A DNA stretch of 64,000 bases from an uncultured Verrucomicrobiae bacterium (GTDB lineage Bacteria > Verrucomicrobiota > Verrucomicrobiia > Chthoniobacterales > Terrimicrobiaceae): NCBI GenBank assembly GCA_963706955.1, contig CAVPOC010000003.1:224001-288000 (forward strand). The letters run 5' to 3'. Made by a program: the position numbers and the translations under genes. Shown here piece by piece: positions 30,878-42,068 of the stretch (position 1 is its first letter; each line of letters begins with the position of its first letter). The notes below the pieces were generated by a model. The model was not told the DNA's origin. It did no database searches and was given only the letters and a program-made list of their open reading frames with translations.

Positions 30878-32684
30878 ATGAGGGGTTGCCGATACTTGGT
30901 TCTGCTCGCGCTGCTCGCAGGCGCTTCCCTGCAGGCTGAGCCCCAGGATCCGCCCCTCGTGCCTCCCCCGATGGCCCAGCCGCAAGCCCTTTCGATTTTT
31001 CGCGGGGACAATATCGAGGTGCCCTTGCGGGCTCAAGGCCGCGCACCGAGTCAACTGAAATTTCTCATCCGCTCGAATCCTTCGAAGGGACGGCTTGGTG
31101 AAATCCGCCTGACCGGAGCCGAAGTCGGCGGAAGTCACTTACTTTCACGATGGAACCAGCGAAGGAAGCGATGCCTTCACGTTCGCCGTCCAGGCGATCG
31201 ACAGTCCAGTATCCGCGGCAGCTCCGATCACCATCAGCATCTCCGAAGAACCCCCCACGCTTTCGGTTGTAAACTCCCTTGACTTCGGCACGATGGAAGT
31301 CGGGACGACGCGTGAAGAGGAGATCATCCTGCGAAATAGCGGAGGAGGAGAACTGAAAGGAGAGATGGAGGTTCCGCCCCCGTGGAGAATCGTCGGTTCG
31401 AAGGAATACCGCCTCGGCCGCAAGCAGGAAGCCAGTATACAAATCATCTGTGCGCCCAGCGAACCCGAGGAGTACGCGGAGAAACTCGTTTTCTCGCACG
31501 ACGCCCGCGTGGCCGTCGATCTAACCGCGAATGCCATCTCTCCCTTCGAACTGAGTCCCGCAGGGGAGATCGAGCTCGCGAGTCAGGAAGGTGGAACTTT
31601 GCGTTCCGCTGAGGTGGCCATACGAAACCTCACGCCGCGTGATCGCACGTTGCGAATCACGGTGCCAGCGGAACTCGCCGCACCAGACCAAATGGTCATC
31701 CCCGCCGGAGGGGTGCAAAGAATTACTCTCCAGACAAAGCCCGCTTTTCTCGGCCCCTTCGAGACCACGATGACGCTGGAAAGCGAAGGGTTCAAGGCAA
31801 GACCTGCCCGTGCGCGTTTTTGCGCTGCCAGCGAGCCTGCACATTGAACCGCGGGAAGGTTTGGACTTTGGAGAGATCGAACCTCGCCAGCGCTATCGCG
31901 GGATTTCTTCGCGTGAAGAACGAGGGGGGAAGCGCCGCCCGATTGCAAACGAAGGTTCCGTCGGAGGTCTTGCTTGTGCCCGATCCCAATTCGGCGGTGC
32001 TTCAACCCGGACAAACCCGGGTCTTCGAAGTTGCTTTCGAAGTCTCTTCCCCAGGGAGTTATCGATCTGCCATTACGATTGCCTCAAGCGGTGCGAACAC
32101 CGGTCACGATCCCCGTTGTCGGTAATGCCGTTATTCACGCTGGTCAGGCCAAAAAGATTTCCACGGAGGCGCTGAGTTCGGCGATGCAGCCAAACTCATC
32201 GGCTAACGAAGCTGAGCCTGCATTGGGATCAGGTCCGGTCAAGGAAGTGCGAATTCTGAGAGCGAGCAGCCGTGTTTTTGAGGTTGGCTGGGATAGGCCC
32301 GAGCCCGACCCGGTGGCTTGGATTATCCAACAACGGCACTTGGAAATGACGAGCGCCGGTCCGCCGAAGCCGGTGTGGCGAGACCTTAAGAATGTGCGGT
32401 TCTTTGAGCAGGGCAGGCTGATCGGAGCGCGCTTCGAGAATCTTGCGCCCGGCCAGATCTGGTTCCTGCGCATTATCTCGATCGACGAACAAGGCCGGCG
32501 GTCAGCTGCCTCTCCAACCTTCATGATGACCAGCCCGCCGGCAAAGAACCAGATCTTCGGCCGAACGCTGCTCGTGATTCTTGCCCTGGGTGCCGCGGTT
32601 CTCGGCGTGCTCAAGTTTCGACAGCGCCGGCAGACAGAAGCCTCTGCGCAGGCGGAACAGATCGCACGCCTCGAAGGCCGTTGA
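30878..32684 (+). CDS. Secreted, membrane-anchored Ig-like-repeat protein with FN3-like domain (four apparent +1 frameshifts)
   Basis: Signal peptide, repeated LDFG..E...I.N.GG units, L.PG......RI...D..G FN3 motif, C-terminal TM; ORFs 30878, 31293, 31810/31820 and 31974 join with single-base removals. Confidence 0.65.
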
Positions 32685-32757
32685 AAATCTCCCCTTAAAT
32701 CTTGTTGCTCCCGAAGTGCGCCGCCCTCACACTCCGCGGTTGGAAATCCCACTCCTC

Positions 32758-33771
32758 ATGCAACTCGGAATGATCGGTCTCGGCAGGATGGGCGCCAACA
32801 TGGTTCGGCGTCTCATTAAGAATGGTCACCAATGCGTCGTCTTCGACGCAAACCCACAAGCGGTGAAGCAACTCGCCGGCGAAGGCGCGGTCGGGACCAA
32901 CTCACTCGCCGACTTTGCCTCGAAACTGACCGCTCCCAGAAACGCATGGATCATGGTGCCTGCCGCCATCACCGACAAGGTCGTGGATGAACTCGCCAGT
33001 CACCTTCAGTCGAACGACACCATCATTGATGGCGGCAATTCTTACTTCCGGGACGATCGCCGACGCAGCGCCCATCTCAAGAAATCGGGTATCCACTACC
33101 TGGACGTCGGAACGAGCGGCGGCGTCTGGGGACTCGAGCGAGGCTACTGCATGATGATCGGCGGTGATAAGGAAGCCGTCGATCGCATGGATCCAATCTT
33201 TAAGACACTCGCTCCCGGCCGCGGCAGCGTGGAACGGACGCCCGGACGCGATAAACTCGGCGGCACGTCCGAAGATGGCTATCTGCATTGTGGGGCTTCC
33301 GGGGCCGGTCACTTTGTAAAGATGGTCCACAACGGAATCGAATATGGCCTCATGGCGGCCTTCGGCGAGGGTTTCGACATTCTCGCCAGCGCAAATGCCA
33401 GTCTGAAAAAAGGCCAAGTCGACGCGGAGACGGCGCCGATCGGAGATGACTATGTCTATGACATTAACCTGGCTGACGTTGCCGAGGTCTGGCGCCGTGG
33501 CAGCGTCGTCAGTTCCTGGTTGCTGGACTTAGCGGCAACGGCCTTCGCCGAGAACCCCACCCTCTCAAACTTTTCGGGCCGTGTCTCCGATTCCGGCGAG
33601 GGCCGCTGGACCATCATGGCGGCCATCGATGAAGCGGTCGAGGTGGATGTTCTCAGTGCCGCGCTTTTCGCACGCTTTCGCTCGCGCAAGGATCACACGA
33701 TGGCAGAAAAGGTCTGCTCCGCCATGCGCTTTCAATTCGGCGGACACCTCGAGCGGGCGGCCGGCGGCTGA
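32758..33771 (+). CDS. gnd: 6-phosphogluconate dehydrogenase, decarboxylating (short type)
   Basis: [44 protein letters not shown]. Confidence 0.95.
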   Translation: MQLGMIGLGRMGANMVRRLIKNGHQCVVFDANPQAVKQLAGEGAVGTNSLADFASKLTAPRNAWIMVPAAITDKVVDELASHLQSNDTIIDGGNSYFRDDRRRSAHLKKSGIHYLDVGTSGGVWGLERGYCMMIGGDKEAVDRMDPIFKTLAPGRGSVERTPGRDKLGGTSEDGYLHCGASGAGHFVKMVHNGIEYGLMAAFGEGFDILASANASLKKGQVDAETAPIGDDYVYDINLADVAEVWRRGSVVSSWLLDLAATAFAENPTLSNFSGRVSDSGEGRWTIMAAIDEAVEVDVLSAALFARFRSRKDHTMAEKVCSAMRFQFGGHLERAAGG

Positions 33772-33804
33772 GGATTGACCAACGCCAGCGCTTGAGCACG
33801 ACAG

Positions 33805-35073
33805 ATGGCAAGGGCCTTGTTCGATGTCGTGGTGATTGGTGGGGGACCTGCCGGGAGCATCGCTGCAACCTCATTGGCACTCTCTGGGCGGACCGTAGCC
33901 GTCATCGAGCGTGAAAAGTTCCCCCGTTTTCACATCGGAGAGTCTTTGCTTCCCTTCAGTATGGACGCGTTCGAGCGCCTCGGTATTCTCCGGAAGCTCG
34001 ATGCGGCGGGCTTCATTCGTAAATACGGCGCTGAGATTACCTCGGGCTGCGGAAGTGGAGAGATCCGCTTCTATTTCAAAGATGGATTCCGCTCGAAGAC
34101 AGCCACTGCCTTTCAAGTTGAGCGCTCAAAATTTGACAAGATCCTCTTGGATCATGCACGCGAATGCGGCGCCCATGTGCGCGAGGAGACCAGCGTGGAA
34201 GACATCGCTCTTTCGCCTGGGCGTCCCAGACTGACCATCAAGGCCAAAAGCGGTTTGCTGGAGGAAATCGACGCGGAATACTTGCTCGATTGCAGCGGAC
34301 GCCACTCGGTGCTGGGCACTCGACTTGGGCTGAAACGCGAGTATGCCGGGCTGCAAAAGTTCGCGGTATACGCCCACTACGTCGGAGCGCAGCAGCCGAG
34401 CGGGATCGACGGGACGCTTACGAGAATGGTCCGCGCGCAGGACCATTGGTTTTGGATCATCCCCCTTTCGCCCGAGAAAATCAGCGTTGGAGTGGTGATG
34501 GATACACACCGCTACCGGTCGCTTCGCCGGGATCCGGCAGAGATTCTCGATATGTTTTTGGCGGAACAGCCGATCATGCGTGAGCGCTTGCGTGGGGCAC
34601 GGCGGGTGAGCAAAGTCTACGCCAGTGGCGATTATTCCTATCGAAATTCCTCCCTTCATGGCGACCGATGGCTCATGGCCGGTGACGCCGCCGGCTTTAT
34701 CGACCCGATTTTCAGCAGTGGCGTATTTTTAGCAATTCTCAGCGGTGAAAAAGCCGCTGAGGCGATTGACGGAGCGCTGTCGGCTCCGCATCAGGCAAGC
34801 AAGTTGTTCGCTCGCTACGAACGGCATCTGGCCAAGATCATGCGGCTGTATCTTAAGTTCGTTTACTCCTGGTATCGGCAGGAGTTCGTCGAGACAGTTC
34901 TCGCTCCGCGTGAGTTCTTGCAGGTTGTGCCGGCGGTTAATGCGGTGCTTGCCGGCAATGTCGGCCGCTCGTTTGCACTACGGTGGAGGATTTGGCTGTT
35001 CCACTTAATCGTTGCGGTGCAGCGCCGCTTTCATATCTTTCCGCGACTTTCTCTCGCACCAAAGATTTCATGA
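33805..35073 (+). CDS. FAD-dependent halogenase-like oxidoreductase
   Basis: GGGPAG, FPRFHIGESLLP, F.RK.G, WFWIIP, GDAAGFIDPIFSSG. Confidence 0.85.
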   Translation: MARALFDVVVIGGGPAGSIAATSLALSGRTVAVIEREKFPRFHIGESLLPFSMDAFERLGILRKLDAAGFIRKYGAEITSGCGSGEIRFYFKDGFRSKTATAFQVERSKFDKILLDHARECGAHVREETSVEDIALSPGRPRLTIKAKSGLLEEIDAEYLLDCSGRHSVLGTRLGLKREYAGLQKFAVYAHYVGAQQPSGIDGTLTRMVRAQDHWFWIIPLSPEKISVGVVMDTHRYRSLRRDPAEILDMFLAEQPIMRERLRGARRVSKVYASGDYSYRNSSLHGDRWLMAGDAAGFIDPIFSSGVFLAILSGEKAAEAIDGALSAPHQASKLFARYERHLAKIMRLYLKFVYSWYRQEFVETVLAPREFLQVVPAVNAVLAGNVGRSFALRWRIWLFHLIVAVQRRFHIFPRLSLAPKIS

Positions 35074-35549
35074 AGCGCGCTCTGGTCGTATGTTTTGCCT
35101 TCCTCATGGCCGGTTGTGTCGCCACGCGTGAACTTACCGCATTTCAGGCGGATTCATCAGAAAAAGCCCTTATTCGGTGGCAGCGGAAAGGCAGGTCCCT
35201 GGTCTACGATGCCGTCTGCGCTCGTGCTCGAGACGGTTCAGTCTCAGTTCGGCTATACAAGCAAAGCCCTATGCCGCTCGCCGAGTTTCGGCTCGGATCG
35301 GCGAATTTTTTCGAGGCAAGCGGCCGTCTCGCCGGACGAGGCTGGTCCGGACCAGCTGCCGACGCCCCGCCTCCTTTCTCAACCTGGCTCTGGTTTTTGA
35401 GTGCCTACCAGAAATTCGCCCAATCAGGCTCTCCGTCACTGCAAAGCGAGACCATGCGGGTGACTTCTACGAAGTCCGGTGACAAATTGAAGGTGCTGAG
35501 TGTCTCCAACAGCAAGACAGGCGAGGTGATATCGGCGATTTTCAATTGA
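35070..35549 (+). CDS. Hypothetical lipoprotein
   Basis: MKRALVVCFAFLMAG-C lipobox; ATGA overlap with the upstream gene. Confidence 0.7.
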   Translation: MKRALVVCFAFLMAGCVATRELTAFQADSSEKALIRWQRKGRSLVYDAVCARARDGSVSVRLYKQSPMPLAEFRLGSANFFEASGRLAGRGWSGPAADAPPPFSTWLWFLSAYQKFAQSGSPSLQSETMRVTSTKSGDKLKVLSVSNSKTGEVISAIFN

Positions 35550-35600
35550 AATGCCGCCGGAGAGTTCATCCGCCGTCGTTAGCGGCTGGATCGACCATCG

Positions 35601-35984
35601 ATGAGTGCGTCGGAACTTTATCCCTCCGATGCGAAAATGCAGCTGGAGGAAATCACCACCGCGACACGACACCTGTTTCTCTGCGTCGGTCCCGATTGTT
35701 GTGATTCAGCCGTGGGCGAAGCTCTTTGGAGTGTCCTCAAGACCGAAACCCGAAAACTTTCCGTGCCTGTGCTTCGCACTAAGGCAGCCTGCCTGCGCGT
35801 CTGTAGAGGTGGCCCGTGGTTGGTTGTCTATCCCGACGGAATTTGGTATGGCGCACTCACTGCCGAGAAGCTGCGCCGCATCCTCAAGGAACACATCGAA
35901 GAAGGCGCGCCAGTCCGCGAGTGGATCGCAGCGGAGATGCCCAAGCTGGCGAAACGGAAAGATGCGAACGGAAGATCAGAGTAA
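35601..35984 (+). CDS. Thioredoxin-like [2Fe-2S] ferredoxin
   Basis: HLFLC...CC, CLRVC.GGP..VVYPDGIWY. Confidence 0.88.
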   Translation: MSASELYPSDAKMQLEEITTATRHLFLCVGPDCCDSAVGEALWSVLKTETRKLSVPVLRTKAACLRVCRGGPWLVVYPDGIWYGALTAEKLRRILKEHIEEGAPVREWIAAEMPKLAKRKDANGRSE

Positions 35985-36003
35985 GTCGAACGGCAACGGC
36001 TGG

Positions 36004-36444
36004 TCATGCGCCGGTCGGTTTTTCAAACTTCTTAGCGACTCCGTTGTACAAGAGTAATCCGCTTCCCGCGCCGACGAAGAGCAAGGCAGCTAATAGATGC
36101 CACCCACTGATGTGACCGCTCATGACAGCTCCAAAGCACCCACAGGATATGTCGAGCCCACGCCACCACGCCGAGCCGACTGCGACCGTAAAGGTCATCC
36201 CTAGAGCGCAGACCGAAAGCAGGGCGCCCAGATAGAGCGGCGTCGAGAGCAACCCGACGGCTGTCACTAGTTCGAGCCAGGGTAGAAAGTAGCCCAGGAC
36301 GACTGACAGCAACCATGGCGTCAATTGGAAGCGGTCCACCTCCACGGCAAAATTCTCTGGCTGGAAAGCCTTGGCCGCGCCAGCGACCAGCAGGGCTAGC
36401 GCTAGCAGCGTGCGAAGGCCCCACTCCACTACCTGGCCCGCCAT
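36004..36444 (-). CDS. MauE/DoxX family membrane protein
   Basis: LPWLEL, RGLDISCGCFG. Confidence 0.85.
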   Translation of the reverse strand: MAGQVVEWGLRTLLALALLVAGAAKAFQPENFAVEVDRFQLTPWLLSVVLGYFLPWLELVTAVGLLSTPLYLGALLSVCALGMTFTVAVGSAWWRGLDISCGCFGAVMSGHISGWHLLAALLFVGAGSGLLLYNGVAKKFEKPTGA

Positions 36445-36863
36445 GCCTCGTAGCCTCCTTTCAGCACCCAAACATTCTCGATCGCGGACTCCTCGCGAAG
36501 GCGACTCGCCACTTCATAGCCGTTGTCTGAGTCAGCTTCCCCATAAACGACGACCTGGCAGCCTGGCTGCCACTGATCATAGAACTTCGAGACAAGACTG
36601 TCCCATTCTGCCTGGTTCAGAAGAACTGCTTCGGGAATATGGCGGCTCTCGAACTTGGCCTTCGAACGTGCGTCCACCCACAGTATCTCGGGAGCGCCCA
36701 TGGAACTTAAAACTTGCAAATCGACCTCGCCGGCGGCGAGCGGTTCGGAGGGCCTCGTTTTTCGAAGCGCCCAGGAAAGAGACGCAAACAAAACAGCGAA
36801 CAGGATCAGCCAGCTGAGCTGACGCACTGCTGTGGCTAGGACCTGCCGAAGACGCCTGTGCAC
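36429..36863 (-). CDS. Rhodanese-like domain protein (no catalytic Cys seen)
   Basis: WVDAR...F...HIPEA, LKGGYEAW; VVYG in place of the usual VVYC. Confidence 0.8.
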   Translation of the reverse strand: MHRRLRQVLATAVRQLSWLILFAVLFASLSWALRKTRPSEPLAAGEVDLQVLSSMGAPEILWVDARSKAKFESRHIPEAVLLNQAEWDSLVSKFYDQWQPGCQVVVYGEADSDNGYEVASRLREESAIENVWVLKGGYEAWRAR

Positions 36864-36871
36864 GGCGGAGA

Positions 36872-37558
36872 CTACTTGACGCGGACATGCAACGGATAGC
36901 TCTTCGGCGCATCAGGCGGATAGTCCGTCTCTATGGTCACGACCGTGGAGAGTTTTTCCGCTGTGTCGGCCGGAGCCACCGTCAGGGTATAGTCAGACGC
37001 CTCTGTGTTGACGTGGAGCTGAGTAGTCACGCGCGGGCTCGACGACGTGATAGAGCGAATCTTAACCGGAACGTCTTTTGGCGCTGTCAATTGCACCATC
37101 TTTGGAGTGGCGCTTTCGCCAACCCGCCAAAGTAGAAGGCCTGGTCTGACCGTCAGAGGTTCGAGGATGGCAACGTTGAGTCCAAGCTGTTTCTCGGTGC
37201 CGTCGCTCAGTCCCACGGTGATCACTTTTCTCTGGAGACCCTTCCGACTCCCAAAGGTGAAGCGGGCCGTGATTTGCCCGCTCTCGCCTGGCAGATAGGT
37301 CTTTTTGTCAGTTTGCGCTACGGTGCACCCGCATGAGGAACTGACGCGCACGATCATGACAGGGCTCGAACCCGCATTCTTGAAGGCATAATGGGCTTCG
37401 ACCGACTCGTCGGCGGGGACGCGCTCGAATTCCTGGATGGGATTCTCCCAAACTAGTTGTCCGAGCGCGGAGACAGCCGTGGCAAGAATGGTGCTGGCGA
37501 GGATTATGCCACGCCTCTGGCGAGATAAGGTAATCATCCTAGGCTTAGGGTCGATCAT
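36872..37558 (-). CDS. DUF1573 domain secreted protein
   Basis: F.N.G..PV.I..V.SSCGCT...PGESG motif. Confidence 0.85.
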   Translation of the reverse strand: MIDPKPRMITLSRQRRGIILASTILATAVSALGQLVWENPIQEFERVPADESVEAHYAFKNAGSSPVMIVRVSSSCGCTVAQTDKKTYLPGESGQITARFTFGSRKGLQRKVITVGLSDGTEKQLGLNVAILEPLTVRPGLLLWRVGESATPKMVQLTAPKDVPVKIRSITSSSPRVTTQLHVNTEASDYTLTVAPADTAEKLSTVVTIETDYPPDAPKSYPLHVRVK

Positions 37559-37717
37559 CTAGGGTTGAGAGTATGGTCGACGAAGCCGGTTTTTTTCAAG
37601 CACCCCGCGTATTCTTTGATCCAAAGTCTACGTGATTCCACAAATTGCACGGTTCTAGCAAAGGGTAGGGACGCCGCTAGTTGAGAACAACGCGAGGCGC
37701 CTCAGTCGTCTTGGTCT

Positions 37718-38314
37718 TTAGCGAAAGCGCACTTTGTCGGATGTCCTGGTATCCGCTTTGAGTCGCTGGGTCATGTGGTCCAGGGCAAATCGATATTGGC
37801 GCTTGGTCTCAGAGGCGATGCAGTCGCAAGGCACGACGACATTGAAATCTCGCATGTAGGCGTCGTTGGCCGTATACAAGACGCAAATGTCGGCGGCGAA
37901 CCCGGTAAGCACGAGACGCTGAATTTGGAGCCGCTCAAGGAGCACCTCGAGTGTCGTCGAGAAGAAGGCCGAGTGCATCGGCTTAAGAACAAAATAATCA
38001 TCTTCATCGGGCTTCAGGAGTTCGACGATGGTTCGGCCTGGCCGCTTTTCCGCCATGCAATGTTCTATTTGCTGGTGGAAGTCTGATCGCCACCGTCCGA
38101 AGTTGTCATTCGCATAAATGACGGGAACGCGGCTCCGTTTGGCACGTCCCTTCAGCGTCGCGATCTTGCGAGAGGCTGGCAAGGCGTAACGCAAGAGCTG
38201 GTCGGCGCGGGGAAAGTCAAAATCATTGATCACGTCGATCAGAATCAGCGCCTGGCCAGGCCGTTCCTTCGTAACAGCCTTCTTCTGCTTGGCAGTTTTA
38301 TTTGTCTGCTTCAT
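37718..38314 (-). CDS. Isochorismatase family cysteine hydrolase
   Basis: ALILIDVINDF, KPMHSAF..T.L, TGFAADICV. Confidence 0.92.
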   Translation of the reverse strand: MKQTNKTAKQKKAVTKERPGQALILIDVINDFDFPRADQLLRYALPASRKIATLKGRAKRSRVPVIYANDNFGRWRSDFHQQIEHCMAEKRPGRTIVELLKPDEDDYFVLKPMHSAFFSTTLEVLLERLQIQRLVLTGFAADICVLYTANDAYMRDFNVVVPCDCIASETKRQYRFALDHMTQRLKADTRTSDKVRFR

Positions 38315-38394
38315 AAACCTACTCCTTCTTCAACGATGCCGTCCTTCCGAGAGCCCAAGCAAGAAGTGGAGCAGATGACTTGCGTCTGTTGCGC

Positions 38395-39702
38395 CTACAC
38401 TTGCGAATGAAACGGCAGCATCACCCATTCGACGAATCGGTCCCATAACGATCGTTTCTCGAAGTCTTCCAGCGTGTAGCGCCTCGAGCGCAGCAAATCG
38501 CGCTCGAATACCTCCTGCATCTGGCGGCCAAAGGCGCGATCATAGACGGTGATGTCCAGTTCCTCATTAATTTGCGCGGAGCGGGCGTCAAAATTTGATG
38601 AACCGAGCACTGAGAATATCCCATCGACCACGATGGTCTTGGAATGAATCATCGTCGGGCTGTACTCGTAGATTTGCACGCCGGCCTCGAGCAACTCGCC
38701 GTAAGCTGTGCGCCCGGCGGCCTTGGTGGCAGGCTGGTCGTTGTGTTTTCCCGGAAGCAGCAGGCGGACATCGACACCGCGTTTGACCGCCGCAACCAGC
38801 GAGCGAGTCTGACTGCTGCTTGGGGCGCAGTAAGCGTTGGTAATATAAATGGACTTCTGGGCCGCCGAGAAGGCGACTGCCTGCACAAGAGAGAGGGGCG
38901 CGGTTGAAAAAGAGTGACTGGGGACAACCTGGGCACGGAGATTTCCAGCCGGAGGCAATTCGGGGAACTCTCCGCTTCCGCTAAGCGTTTCTCCGACCTC
39001 CTTGAACCAATGTTCTTGAAAGGCGGCCTGTAGTTTGCCGACGATTGGACCTTCCAAGCGGGCATGAACCTCACGCCAGTGATCGGGCGCATCAGCGTCG
39101 CCCAACCACTCGTCAGAAAAACCGACTCCTCCGGTAAAGCCGACACGGCCATCGACTACCAGGATTCGGCGGTGCGTGCGCCGATTCACACGGTCAATTC
39201 GCCACGAGGCGATCGGATGATAATAGGCGAACGCACACCCGGCTTGCATGAGTCGCTCGAGATCTGCCTTGTCCAAAGCCAAGCCGGAACCGATGCCGTC
39301 GAGCAACACGCGCACCCGCACACCAGCGCGCGCGCGCTCGGCCAGCGCATCGCAAAACTCGGTCGCAACTTGACCGGAGTGAAACAGGAACGCCTCGAAG
39401 TTGACACTTTCGCGCGCGCCCTTGATGGCTTCCAGCATGGCCGGAAAGATCATTTTTCCGTTATGGAGAAGCTCAATTTTATTCCCAGCAATCGCCAGTG
39501 GATCCGCCAAGGCATGAGCGGAGGGAAAAAACTCCGGGTCATCGACCGTAAACTTGTGATCGAGATAATACTCGACCGTGTCGCGGCGGATAAAGAGAAC
39601 ACCGAAGACGATCGCTGCTCCCAGGAAAACCGCCAACGCCAGGAGCCAGGCAGGTGCCTGTCGCCGGAACCAGCCTCGATTCTGCGCTCGCTTCTTCGCC
39701 AT
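38395..39702 (-). CDS. Cardiolipin synthase / phospholipase D family
   Basis: HRRILVVDG and HSKTIVVDG HKD-type motifs, GSSNFD. Confidence 0.9.
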   Translation of the reverse strand: MAKKRAQNRGWFRRQAPAWLLALAVFLGAAIVFGVLFIRRDTVEYYLDHKFTVDDPEFFPSAHALADPLAIAGNKIELLHNGKMIFPAMLEAIKGARESVNFEAFLFHSGQVATEFCDALAERARAGVRVRVLLDGIGSGLALDKADLERLMQAGCAFAYYHPIASWRIDRVNRRTHRRILVVDGRVGFTGGVGFSDEWLGDADAPDHWREVHARLEGPIVGKLQAAFQEHWFKEVGETLSGSGEFPELPPAGNLRAQVVPSHSFSTAPLSLVQAVAFSAAQKSIYITNAYCAPSSSQTRSLVAAVKRGVDVRLLLPGKHNDQPATKAAGRTAYGELLEAGVQIYEYSPTMIHSKTIVVDGIFSVLGSSNFDARSAQINEELDITVYDRAFGRQMQEVFERDLLRSRRYTLEDFEKRSLWDRFVEWVMLPFHSQV

Positions 39703-40707
39703 CTAAAAGGAGGTCTGACCCGTGGAAGAAGTCTCGAGCGCGAAAGGGCGGTGCGCCGCCCAGCGTTGTGCCAAGAACGCACAAACCATCAATTGGATCT
39801 GGTGAAAGAGCATCAAGGGAAGAATCATTGGCCCGACAATGCTCCCCGCAAACAGCACATTCGCGATGGGCACTCCCGTCGCCAGACTCTTCTTCGAGCC
39901 GCAAAACAGAATGGTAATTCGATCCGCGCGATTGAAACGAAACAACGCGCTGGATAACCACATCGTCGCCATGACGATCGCCAAGAGCAGGCAATCGATC
40001 ACGAGAACTCCGACGAGGACTCGCCAGGGGGTTTGCCGCCACAATCCCTCGACAACAGCTCCGCTGAAGGCCACGTAAACGACCAGCAATATCGAGCCGC
40101 GATCGACGAGGCTGGTGAGTCGGCGCCGGCGCTCGACCCACCCACCAATCAACGGCCTGACCGCATGACCGAATGCAAAAGGAACAAGAATCTGCAAAAC
40201 AATTTCCCAAAATGAACCGGACATCGAAACTCCGGCGCCCTCTCGGGCAATAAGCACCCCGACCAAGATGGGTGTCAGAAAGACTGCGAATACATTTGAG
40301 GCTGACGCACTGCAGACGGCTGCAGGCACGTTCCCACCGGCGATCGAGGTAAATGCGATGGACGACTGCACCGTGGAAGGCAGCACGCAAAGAAAGAGGA
40401 TGCCGAGATAGAGATCCGGAGTGACCACCAGAGAACCGAGTGGCCGGAGAAGCAATCCCAAAAGAGGAAAAAGCACAAAGGTGCCGAAAAACACCAACGC
40501 GTGCAGACGCCAATGTGCGGCTCCCGCAATGATCGCTTCCCGCGAAAGTTTTGCGCCATGGAGGAAAAACAGGAGAGCGATGGCGGCACTGGTAATAACC
40601 GCAAACGCTCCCGCAACCTTTCCTCGGCAGGGCACCACTGTGGCCAGCAGAACTGTAAAGAGTAGCGCAATCGTAAATGAGTCGACAAACCGGCGCACGC
40701 TGCCCAT
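39703..40707 (-). CDS. Bile acid:sodium symporter family (YfeH-like)
   Basis: LFFLHGAKL, LPSTVQSSIAFTS, FCGSKKSLATG, FHQIQL. Confidence 0.92.
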   Translation of the reverse strand: MGSVRRFVDSFTIALLFTVLLATVVPCRGKVAGAFAVITSAAIALLFFLHGAKLSREAIIAGAAHWRLHALVFFGTFVLFPLLGLLLRPLGSLVVTPDLYLGILFLCVLPSTVQSSIAFTSIAGGNVPAAVCSASASNVFAVFLTPILVGVLIAREGAGVSMSGSFWEIVLQILVPFAFGHAVRPLIGGWVERRRRLTSLVDRGSILLVVYVAFSGAVVEGLWRQTPWRVLVGVLVIDCLLLAIVMATMWLSSALFRFNRADRITILFCGSKKSLATGVPIANVLFAGSIVGPMILPLMLFHQIQLMVCAFLAQRWAAHRPFALETSSTGQTSF

Positions 40708-40852
40708 GGAAAGCCGCAGCATAACAGAAGTTAAGGCTGAGCAGAGAAAAAAGCAGGCGCCTGAGCACCCGCCCTTCATTCGCCCTGATCAAAAGCTAGC
40801 GATTTTTGCCTGGTTCCGGAGCAGGGTTTCTATGATCTTTTCGCGAGCAGCC

Positions 40853-41368
40853 ATGAGTGAGGTCGAGACTCATCAATTTCCCGACGGAGGCGAGATACCG
40901 AACAATCCAAGATTGCCTTTGCTTATTTACAAAGGGGCCGTCGCGGCGCGGGGAGAAGAGGCCGCAGAGCTGATCGAGGCGCTTTACGCCAGGAACGAGT
41001 GGCGAGCCGCCTGGCGCTATGGCGTATATCCGTTTCCCCATTACCACAGCACCGCGCACGAGGTGCTGGGTGTCTATCGTGGGCATGCTTTGATTCGCCT
41101 TGGCCATACAGTCGGCATTAGTGCACACGTCGAAGCGGGCGACGTGATCGTCATTCCAGCTGGGGTAGGGCACCAGAACCTTGGCAGCAGTCCAGACTTT
41201 CACGTCGTCGGAGGTTATCCGATCGGTCAAAGTGCCGATCTCTTGCGGGGTAACCAGGGCGAGCGACCGGCCGCTGACGATCGCATTCTCGCTGTTCCCC
41301 TGCCAAAGGCTGATCCGGTGGAGGGTGTGAGCGGACCTCTCGCTAAACTCTGGGGCGCTCGGCGGTGA
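40853..41368 (+). CDS. Cupin domain protein (YjlB-like)
   Basis: IPNNP.LP, HYHSTAHEVLG, PAGVGH, VVGGYP. Confidence 0.88.
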   Translation: MSEVETHQFPDGGEIPNNPRLPLLIYKGAVAARGEEAAELIEALYARNEWRAAWRYGVYPFPHYHSTAHEVLGVYRGHALIRLGHTVGISAHVEAGDVIVIPAGVGHQNLGSSPDFHVVGGYPIGQSADLLRGNQGERPAADDRILAVPLPKADPVEGVSGPLAKLWGARR

Positions 41369-41416
41369 GTTTTCTCGAGCTACCACGGGCGAGCCCAACA
41401 AGCTATTCTTCGAAGT

Positions 41417-42028
41417 ATGGAGACGAGGGATACTGAAGCACCGGCCACTCACGACAGCATCAAGCCCGCGGAGGCAAGCAGAGCCTTTTCGGTCTGGCTA
41501 CTCATGCCGATTGCGTTTCTCGCGATGGGGATCCTTTGCCTTTGGATGGGTGCGCTCATGAGCGTTCGTTGCGAGCGCGCCAAGTCGGCTGCGAGCGATG
41601 CGCCGCGGGCGCACATGGCCAGCGTCACCGTCGAGCGCAGCCTTCTTGGCGTAATTCCAATTTCAAAAACTACGCTGCCCAATGTCGTCGGGGTGGTTTC
41701 TGTTCATGGCTCTTCGGCGCAAGCTCAAGTCGCGCGCCCTCAAATCGATGCGGTCTTGACGCTGCGACTGGCGGATGGGCGCATCTGGAATGCGCCGCCG
41801 GCCTATGCCCCGCTGGGAACCCCGCCGTGGAAGATGGCCAGGCAAATCACCCAGTTCATCGACAATCCTTCCGCTCCACCGCTCAGCTTGTGGTGCGTGT
41901 CGTGGATGCTGCATCTGGCGGCCACGCCTTTCTTATTGGTTGGCGTATTTTCGGCGTATTTTGGCGTGAGATCGCTCATTCGCCTTAGAGCTCAGCTTAG
42001 ATTAGCGCGGCCGAGCGGCTCGCCATGA
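41417..42028 (+). CDS. Hypothetical membrane protein
   Basis: 203-aa ORF with two hydrophobic segments, co-oriented with its neighbours. Confidence 0.6.
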   Translation: METRDTEAPATHDSIKPAEASRAFSVWLLMPIAFLAMGILCLWMGALMSVRCERAKSAASDAPRAHMASVTVERSLLGVIPISKTTLPNVVGVVSVHGSSAQAQVARPQIDAVLTLRLADGRIWNAPPAYAPLGTPPWKMARQITQFIDNPSAPPLSLWCVSWMLHLAATPFLLVGVFSAYFGVRSLIRLRAQLRLARPSGSP

Positions 42029-42068
42029 ACCCGACAAGCTGCAATCTTAGGCGTTTCCGGCTGAGGAT

